Below, piece by piece: positions 8,813 to 15,544 of a DNA stretch of 41,317 nt. Position 1 is the stretch's first letter, and every line of letters begins with the position of its first letter. Position numbers and translations under genes: made by a program. Origin of the DNA: Pseudomonadales bacterium (GTDB lineage: Bacteria; Pseudomonadota; Gammaproteobacteria; Pseudomonadales; Azotimanducaceae); NCBI GenBank assembly GCA_022448765.1, contig JAKUTI010000001.1:1-41317 (forward strand), read 5' to 3'. Below the pieces are notes generated by a model. The model saw only the letters and a program-made list of their open reading frames with translations, did not search any database and was not told the DNA's origin.

Positions 8813-9595
8813 TCAGGTCTGCGATCGACCTCGCTCGAGGATGCTCCGCCGTCGGGCTGCAATTTTTTCGGTGTTCACGTGGCTCAAGGAGTGGGATTGA
8901 TTCGCGATTGCCTCGACCTCGAGGCCTTCGGCTAGGGTCGTATGCCACCCTTGGTCTATGATTTGGAGCATCGCTTCGCGCGTTGGTCGGTCGGTACTGA
9001 GAATATCCTGAGCCAGCCCGCGAGCGGTGGGGAGGAGGTCGGCGGGATCCACGATGCGATTGATGAGTCCCCAGTCGTATGCCGTCTGCGCGTCAAGAAA
9101 ATTACCGGTCAGAGAAAGCTCTTTAGCGCGGTTAATGCCCACTATCCGAGGCAGTCTTTGTGAAAGCCCCCAACCTGGTACGACGCCCACTCTGGCATGG
9201 GTATCCGCGAATCGGGCGTTGGTGGAGGCGATGAGAATATCGCACATCAAAGCGAGTTCGAAACCGCCCGTAATGGCAAATCCATTAATGGCCCCGATGA
9301 GGGGAACTTTCAGTGAGTCGACGGCATCGCTAAGTTGGGTCACGGACGTATCCGTGGTCTTATGATCCGAGCTCGTTTCGCCACCTAACTCTTTCAGGTC
9401 GAGGCCCGCTGTGAACGCGCGTCCTGCACCGGTCAGAATAACAATTTCGCAGGAAACGTCGTCGGCGAGGTTCTGGAAGGTGTCGATCAGCTCTCCGCGA
9501 AGTTCAAAAGAAAGCGCATTCATGACTTCGGGTCGATTCAGCGTGACCTCCGCGATGGCACCATCACGGGCGCAAAGCACCAGATCAGCTGTCAC
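8813..9595 (-). CDS. Enoyl-CoA hydratase/isomerase (crotonase) family protein
   Basis: Crotonase blocks VILTGAGRAFTAGLDLKE and GAINGFAITGGFELALMCD. The GTG start overlaps the stop of the upstream hydrolase gene (GTGA). Confidence 0.9.
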   Translation of the reverse strand: MTADLVLCARDGAIAEVTLNRPEVMNALSFELRGELIDTFQNLADDVSCEIVILTGAGRAFTAGLDLKELGGETSSDHKTTDTSVTQLSDAVDSLKVPLIGAINGFAITGGFELALMCDILIASTNARFADTHARVGVVPGWGLSQRLPRIVGINRAKELSLTGNFLDAQTAYDWGLINRIVDPADLLPTARGLAQDILSTDRPTREAMLQIIDQGWHTTLAEGLEVEAIANQSHSLSHVNTEKIAARRRSILERGRSQT

Positions 9596-10485
9596 CGAAG
9601 TACTTCGACCGATGCCATGTGCTCGACCATTATTCCGGCTATTTCGGTAATGATGGGTTCGGAAAGGTCATGACCGAGCCTAGGGATGATTTCCAGATGC
9701 CCGTTCCGGACGCTGTTAACAATGTCCTCGCTTGCGGACGCGTCTATCAAGGGATCTTCATCACCGTGAACGGCAAGTACGGGCATTGTTAGGTCGGCTA
9801 GCAATTCTGATCGATCGGGAGCCGTGAGGATGGCGGCCATGTGCCTTGCAGAACCAGCGGGTCGATGGGCTCGAGAGTGTGCGCTTTCGATGAACCGAGC
9901 AATTCCGTATTCGGAGGACGGGTAGTGGGGGCCAGCGTTGGTGTTGGCGGCATGAATGGATGACGCGAGTGCGTCTTCGCCGTTACTCGCTTGAAGCGAA
10001 GCAGCCATCGCGGCAATGACGCTGTCTGAAGGTTTCGGCAGGCTCGGATTACTCGTTGTTGCCATTAAAGACGTGAGCGTGAACACTCGATGGGGATGTT
10101 TGATAGCACAGCACTGAGCGATCATTCCGCCCATCGAACAGCCGATGATGTGAGCGCCGGATTGTCCCAGATGGTCGAGCAAGTCGATCACGTCGTCGGC
10201 CATGTCGCCAAGCGTATAAGGCGGTCGGACAGATGAAGGGTCGGACAGTGCTGAAAATAGTTCTTCGATGCTCGGTATCTTGGCATCGACCTCGTAGGAG
10301 AGTCCGACATCTCGGTGGTCAAATACGATAGTCCGATATCCGGCGTTGACCAATGCATCGATGAGCGTGTCGGGCCATTCGACAAGCTGACAGCCGACGC
10401 CGTGGATGAGCAGGACAGGCGGATTGGCCCTGGCGCCTTGTTGTTGGAAGTAAATCTCCCCGGACCGAGCGCTAAATAACGGCAT
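9592..10485 (-). CDS. Alpha/beta-fold hydrolase
   Basis: HGVG oxyanion region, nucleophile elbow GCSMGG (GxSxG) and a C-terminal GHDLSEP histidine region. 297 aa. Confidence 0.85.
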   Translation of the reverse strand: MPLFSARSGEIYFQQQGARANPPVLLIHGVGCQLVEWPDTLIDALVNAGYRTIVFDHRDVGLSYEVDAKIPSIEELFSALSDPSSVRPPYTLGDMADDVIDLLDHLGQSGAHIIGCSMGGMIAQCCAIKHPHRVFTLTSLMATTSNPSLPKPSDSVIAAMAASLQASNGEDALASSIHAANTNAGPHYPSSEYGIARFIESAHSRAHRPAGSARHMAAILTAPDRSELLADLTMPVLAVHGDEDPLIDASASEDIVNSVRNGHLEIIPRLGHDLSEPIITEIAGIMVEHMASVEVLR

Positions 10486-10662
10486 TCGGATACTTCGACA
10501 GCAAAGGAAAATTGTATCGTGACCGAAACGCGCTTTACAGATTTATCGGCTTGGCCCGTCAGCGATGGAGGTCCTGTGACGGTCCGTATACGCGCGAAGC
10601 AAGGATTGCCTTAGACGAGTGGCAGTGGACAATTCTCCAGAGATCCTCGTTAATGTAGGGCC

Positions 10663-11508
10663 ATGAAACGAATCGCGTTTTTGCTTGCGACGTTGGTCCT
10701 CAATGGATGCGCGAGCATTGTTTCTTCAGTCACGGACACTCTCGCTGATGATCTATCACGTGCGATACTCAATAACGATGATCTCGCGACGGTCAAGGAG
10801 GGTGTCCCTGCTTTTTTGATCGTTCTTGATGCGCTACTCGCCTCCAGCCCGGATAATCCAAATCTGTTGACGGCGGCCGCGAGATTGAATGCTTCGTACG
10901 CGACGGGTTTTGTGGTCGATCAAGCCCGGCAAACCCGGCTAACCAACAAGTCGATGGAGCTCTCACAACGCGCCGCTTGTCGCCTTATCGCTTGGACGTG
11001 CAATGCACGCACAATGCCATTCGAGGAACTGGAAGCCCGATTGCTTAGCTCGAAACCAACGGATGTACCCGCCATGTACGCATACGCCAGTAGTTGGGCG
11101 GGCTGGATTCAGGCCCACAGCGATGATTGGGCTGCGATCGCCGAATTGGCCCGAGTCAAAGCACTGATGGAAAAAGTTGTTGAACTTGATGCCGGTTACG
11201 ATGACGGTGCAGCGGTCATGTATCTTGGTGTGTTTGAGACGTTGCTTCCGCCGGCCATGGGCGGACGGCCGGAAGTTGGTCGCAGACATTTTGAAAGGGC
11301 GATTGAAATCAGCGGCGGCCGCTATCTCATGGCAAAGGTCTTGTACGCTGAGAAATACGCGCGGCTTGTTTTTGATCGCGAGTTGCACGATACGCTCCTG
11401 ACCGAAGTGTCCGTCGCGGACCCATATGACGAAGCCTTGACGCTGATTAATTTGGTTGCGCAGGATCAGGCAGCCGCGTTGCTTGAGAGTGCTGATGAGT
11501 ATTTCTAG
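10663..11508 (+). CDS. TRAP transporter TatT (T-component) family lipoprotein, TPR-like
   Basis: Lipoprotein signal with lipobox LNGC (MKRIAFLLATLVLNGCAS). The body is helical and repeat-like, ending AALLESADEYF. It matches my recollection of the TatT family and sits directly upstream of DctP/Q/M-type genes. Confidence 0.75.
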   Translation: MKRIAFLLATLVLNGCASIVSSVTDTLADDLSRAILNNDDLATVKEGVPAFLIVLDALLASSPDNPNLLTAAARLNASYATGFVVDQARQTRLTNKSMELSQRAACRLIAWTCNARTMPFEELEARLLSSKPTDVPAMYAYASSWAGWIQAHSDDWAAIAELARVKALMEKVVELDAGYDDGAAVMYLGVFETLLPPAMGGRPEVGRRHFERAIEISGGRYLMAKVLYAEKYARLVFDRELHDTLLTEVSVADPYDEALTLINLVAQDQAAALLESADEYF

Positions 11509-12484
11509 AACTCTATTACTGCTGTGTATGGTGTTTGTCGCCCACATCGCTGGTGGCGCGACGAACTTTAAGATCGCGACGATTTCTCCCGATGGGTCGT
11601 CGTGGATGAAGTTACTCCGGGAAGGAGGGCGTTCGGTCGAACGAGCAACCGAAGGACGCGTGAAATTTAAGTTCTATCCTGGCGGTGTCAAGGGCGATGA
11701 TCAGACCGTGCTGAAATTGATGCGGGTTGGACAACTCCATGGAGGGATTGTCACAACGGGCGTGTTCAACCGGATATACCCTGACGTGCAAGTCTACAAC
11801 TTGCCTATGCATTTCCGTACGCCAGAAGAGATTGATCGCGTTCGCGCGGTACTGGATCCAGAATTAATGCGGGGTCTGGAGGACGCTGGCTTTGTTTGTT
11901 TTGGCATCGCCGAGGTTGGGATGGCGTACGCGATGGGTAAGAAGCGGGCAACCAGTGTTGCGGGAGCGCGGCGATTGAAGGTATGGACACCTCAGGGCGA
12001 TGAAGCCGCCATGCGGACATTGGTTGCCTTTGGAATTACGCCCATACCGTCATCGATTGCCAATGTCTTGACGGGTCTCCAGACGGGTCTTTTTGACACC
12101 ATCACCTCGCCACCTGTGGCCGCGGTGGCTCTTCAATGGCACACGCAACTCAAGTACCTGCTCGATCTACCGCTCATGTACGTGTATGGCTTGTTTGTGG
12201 TTTCTGCAAGCCAGTTCGAACGATTAAGTGACGCTGATCAGATGAGTTTGCGATCGATCATGGCGGATACCGTCAGGCAAGCGGACCGAAAAAATCGCGC
12301 CGACGATATCGCGACGTTCAACGTACTGCTGGATCAGGGCATTGAGCTCCTAACGCCATCGGACGACGAACGTCGTGAATGGCGACGCGTTGGAGCGGAG
12401 GCGGCGGAAGAATGGATCGATCGAGGTATTGTTAGCCGCGGTCTTTATCAGCGATTCCAATCGGCACTTAAGGCACAGAGATAA
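11495..12484 (+). CDS. TRAP transporter substrate-binding protein, DctP type (TatP(T)-like)
   Basis: It aligns by eye with H. influenzae SiaP: RRLKVWTPQGDEAAMRTLVAFGITPIPSSIANVLTGLQTGLFDTITSP versus [46 protein letters not shown]. ATG 11495 gives the signal peptide MSISRTLLLLCMVFVAHIAGGA and overlaps the TatT gene end by 14 nt. Confidence 0.85.
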   Translation: MSISRTLLLLCMVFVAHIAGGATNFKIATISPDGSSWMKLLREGGRSVERATEGRVKFKFYPGGVKGDDQTVLKLMRVGQLHGGIVTTGVFNRIYPDVQVYNLPMHFRTPEEIDRVRAVLDPELMRGLEDAGFVCFGIAEVGMAYAMGKKRATSVAGARRLKVWTPQGDEAAMRTLVAFGITPIPSSIANVLTGLQTGLFDTITSPPVAAVALQWHTQLKYLLDLPLMYVYGLFVVSASQFERLSDADQMSLRSIMADTVRQADRKNRADDIATFNVLLDQGIELLTPSDDERREWRRVGAEAAEEWIDRGIVSRGLYQRFQSALKAQR

Positions 12485-12500
12485 CGATTTGCTAGTGCGT

Positions 12501-12956
12501 ATGCAGCGTTGGCTCACCCAGCTGGAAACGTATTTGCTGTGTGCACTTTTCCTCGTCATGTTAGGTGTGGCTTTCTACCAAGTGATCGCCCGAAATGTGC
12601 TTGGCGGCGGTTTACTTTGGGGTGACGAATTGGTCCGTAATGCTGTGTTATGGGTAACGATGCTTGGCGCGACCTCGGCAGCTGGAGCGAACGGTCACAT
12701 ATGCATTGACATCGTTGCTCGGTTTGCGAACGAGGGGGTTCGCGCCGTGATCGGCCGTTTGACGAGCCTCTTTACGTCGATCATCTGTTTGACCCTCGGA
12801 TGGTTTTCCATCGCCGTGGTTTACGGAGATTATGTGTACCAGACGCCCGGATTCGGGCCCGTTCCGGCTTGGATCTGCGAGCTGATTATCCCGGTTACTG
12901 CGTTTGTGATGGGATTGCGGTATTTGGTGCGAACCGTGCAGCGGGAACGCACGTGA
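12501..12956 (+). CDS. TRAP transporter small permease (DctQ type)
   Basis: 151 aa with 4 hydrophobic helices (YLLCALFLVMLGVAFYQVIARNVL; WGDELVRNAVLWVTMLGA). ATG 12501 lies 16 nt after the binding-protein stop. Confidence 0.85.
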   Translation: MQRWLTQLETYLLCALFLVMLGVAFYQVIARNVLGGGLLWGDELVRNAVLWVTMLGATSAAGANGHICIDIVARFANEGVRAVIGRLTSLFTSIICLTLGWFSIAVVYGDYVYQTPGFGPVPAWICELIIPVTAFVMGLRYLVRTVQRERT

Positions 12957-14224
12957 TCTGGGCGGGTATATTTGCCGTGATTGCGCTAGCACTCCTCGGC
13001 GCGCCTCTTTTTGCTGTGGTCCTGTCGGCCGCGATGCTGGGTTTTCTTGCAACTGACGTCAATTTATCGGTCGTTGCGATCGAGATATATCGGATTACGG
13101 ACACTCCGTTGTTGGTGGCGTTGCCGCTCTTCACGTTTGCCGGATACATGATGGCGGAGGCAAACACGTCAGAACGGCTTATGGCACTGACCCGTGCGCT
13201 CTTTGGATGGATGCCGGCTGGTCTGGCAATTGTCGGATTCGTCGCTTGCGCGCTATTTACGGCCCTCACCGGAGCATCGGGCGTGACCATTGTTGCATTG
13301 GGAACGCTTCTCCTTCCTATGCTGAAGGAAGCGGGCTACAGCGAAAGATATGGTCTTGGACTCGTGACCACCTCGGGAAGCCTTGGCCTGCTCATCGTTC
13401 CGTCGGTACCTCTTATTCTATACGGCATCGTGGCCCAGCAGCTCGATGTGGGCGAACCATTTACCATCCAGCAACTCTTTTTGGCGGGATTGTTACCAGT
13501 AGTTTTGATGGTGTCGGCACTGTCGGCATGGACCATGTGGCGCCACGGTGGCGCAAAACGAACGCCGTTCCGCCCGCACGAGGTCTGGACAAGCCTGCTC
13601 GAGGCCAAGTGGGAGGTGGCGCTCCCCTTTGTCGTGCTGGGCGGCGTTTACTCGGGGATTTTCGCGATATCTGAGGTGGCTGCGCTAGCCGCATTGTACG
13701 TTCTGGTGATCGAAGTGTTCGTTTACCGTGATGTCGCGCTCAACAAGACCCCGACGATCATCCGTGATGCCATGGTCATGGTGGGTAGCATCATACTCAT
13801 CTTAGGATGTGCGTTGGCATTCACGAATTTCTTGGTCGACACCGAAGTCCCGCAACGACTATTTGAAGTGATTCAAGAACACATCTCTAGTCGTTTGATG
13901 TTTCTGATCCTCCTTAACGTGTTGCTGCTTCTCCTTGGGGCGTTACTTGACATATTTTCGGCCATCGTAATCATGGTCCCATTGATTCTACCCGTGGCCA
14001 TAGGGTACGGAATCCATCCGTTGCACCTCGGCATTATTTTTCTTGCGAATTTACAGATCGGCTATTTCACGCCACCGATAGGCATGAATTTGTTTATTGC
14101 GAGTTATCGGTTTAATCGACCAGTGATTGAGCTTTATGCTGCTTGTCTACCTTTCATGGCCGTCCTACTTCTTGCGCTGCTTCTGATTACGTATATTCCG
14201 GTACTCTCTCTATGGTTCCTGTAA
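12953..14224 (+). CDS. TRAP transporter large permease (DctM type)
   Basis: 423 aa from GTG 12953, which overlaps the DctQ stop (GTGA). Polytopic, with DctM-like blocks LPLFTFAGYMMAEANTSERLM, FTALTGASGVTIVALGTLLLPML and IGYFTPPIGMNLFIAS. Confidence 0.9.
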   Translation: MIWAGIFAVIALALLGAPLFAVVLSAAMLGFLATDVNLSVVAIEIYRITDTPLLVALPLFTFAGYMMAEANTSERLMALTRALFGWMPAGLAIVGFVACALFTALTGASGVTIVALGTLLLPMLKEAGYSERYGLGLVTTSGSLGLLIVPSVPLILYGIVAQQLDVGEPFTIQQLFLAGLLPVVLMVSALSAWTMWRHGGAKRTPFRPHEVWTSLLEAKWEVALPFVVLGGVYSGIFAISEVAALAALYVLVIEVFVYRDVALNKTPTIIRDAMVMVGSIILILGCALAFTNFLVDTEVPQRLFEVIQEHISSRLMFLILLNVLLLLLGALLDIFSAIVIMVPLILPVAIGYGIHPLHLGIIFLANLQIGYFTPPIGMNLFIASYRFNRPVIELYAACLPFMAVLLLALLLITYIPVLSLWFL

Positions 14225-14238
14225 GCTGACTCGCTCGC

Positions 14239-14820
14239 TTGGTGAAGTCGATGTTTCGAATCGTATTGACAGTGTTGGCGTTCGAACTTGCGGTCGGTAG
14301 TGAACCCGAGGAGGTGGTGGCCGACTTTCACCACAAGCTTTTATCTTCGATGAAATCGAGTGCCCCATTCGCTGAACGATACGCTGTTCTCGATCATGCA
14401 GTCGGCGAGGCGTTTGACGTTCTGACCATCACACGGGTCAGCCTGGGCAAATCCTGGCGAGCGCAATCAGCGGAAGAACGCCTCGGTTTTCGTGCTTTGT
14501 TGCGCGAACTGATCGTCGCGACCTACACCAGCCGATTCTCAAGCTTTAACGGGCAGCGCTTTGAGACAGTCGAAGCAACGGAGGTCCGGGAGGGCCGGTG
14601 GGTGGTGAAGACTCATCTTGTGAAGAATGACGGGGGTATCGTTCGACTCGATTACTATTTTAGGGACGGTCTTATTTTCAATGTCGTTGCAGATGGTGTG
14701 AGTGATTTGTCTTTGCGCCGTTCCGACTACGCTTCCATTATCGGATCGGAGGGTCTTGACGGGCTAAGAAGGAGTATTCGAGACAGCATCGAGGAATACC
14801 GGTCTTCTGATGCGCCGTAG
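14239..14820 (+). CDS. MlaC/Ttg2D-family (HpnM-like) periplasmic lipid-binding protein
   Basis: Signal-peptide-like N-terminus (MFRIVLTVLAFELAVG). Family pattern ITRVSLGKSWRAQSAEERLGFRALLRELIVATYTSRFSSFNGQRFE. The start could be TTG 14239, GTG 14242 or ATG 14251. There is only a 14-nt gap after the DctM stop. Confidence 0.75.
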   Translation: MVKSMFRIVLTVLAFELAVGSEPEEVVADFHHKLLSSMKSSAPFAERYAVLDHAVGEAFDVLTITRVSLGKSWRAQSAEERLGFRALLRELIVATYTSRFSSFNGQRFETVEATEVREGRWVVKTHLVKNDGGIVRLDYYFRDGLIFNVVADGVSDLSLRRSDYASIIGSEGLDGLRRSIRDSIEEYRSSDAP

Positions 14821-15538
14821 CGTGGGTTTTCCGGCGGTTTTCGTCGCGCTCGCGTCGGGTTGCGCTCTTGGTCCGGGACCCGAATACGCCGTCTATGACC
14901 CCGTAGAGTCGATTAACCGACGCTCGTACGAGATCTCCGAAGGGCTGGATCGCGTTATATTGCGGCCGTTGGCGGTCGGATACCGCAAGGTCATGCCAAC
15001 CTTCGCGGAGGCAGCGGTCGAAAATGTTTTTGGCAACCTTCGCTCGACAGAGAGCGCTTTGTCGGGGTTTCTTCAGGGAGAGCCGGAACGCGGATTTCGG
15101 GACACAGGCCGGTTTATCGTCAACAGTACGCTTGGTGTTGGCGGCTTGCTGGATATCGCGACTGTGATGGGATTGGAACCTCAGCAGGAGGATCTAGGGC
15201 AAGTCCTGGCATCATGGGGTTACACGCGTTCGCGCTATCTTTACGTGCCCGTATTGGGACCGACGACGGTACGTGACCTGCCTCACCTTATTGTACGAGC
15301 GGGATTGCCTCGATTAGCCATGCACGAAAGCTACAATGGCTGGGCAGGTACCATTGACATGGCCAGCGCTCGTGCGGAAGTTCTTCTTGCGACGGATGTC
15401 CGAGACGAGGCTTCTCTTGACCCCTACACGTTCACCCGAGAAGCCTTTTACCAGCGTAGGCGGGATGCCGTTTTCAATGGCGAACCACCGGTTGAGGCTG
15501 GATTCGATCTTCTATTAGAGGAATTCGACGAGGAGTAA
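14810..15538 (+). CDS. MlaA/VacJ-family outer-membrane lipoprotein
   Basis: Lipobox ALASGCA. Conserved core INRRSYEISEGLDRVILRPLAVGYRKVMP...VENVFGNLRS...NSTLGVGGLLDIA...EDLGQVLASWGY...YLYVPVLGPTTVRD. Overlaps the upstream gene by 11 nt. Confidence 0.85.
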   Translation: MRRSVGFPAVFVALASGCALGPGPEYAVYDPVESINRRSYEISEGLDRVILRPLAVGYRKVMPTFAEAAVENVFGNLRSTESALSGFLQGEPERGFRDTGRFIVNSTLGVGGLLDIATVMGLEPQQEDLGQVLASWGYTRSRYLYVPVLGPTTVRDLPHLIVRAGLPRLAMHESYNGWAGTIDMASARAEVLLATDVRDEASLDPYTFTREAFYQRRRDAVFNGEPPVEAGFDLLLEEFDEE

Positions 15539-15544
15539 CAGACG

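Noticed and set aside
10606-10633. Candidate promoter for the TRAP/Mla/RND block (TTGCCT-N16-GACAAT)
   Set aside because: Both hexamers match the consensus at only 4/6, and similar matches occur by chance. It is not reported as a feature.
10963-11547. 194-aa antisense ORF across the TatT/DctP junction
   Set aside because: It is opposite two well-supported genes, and I saw no motifs in it.
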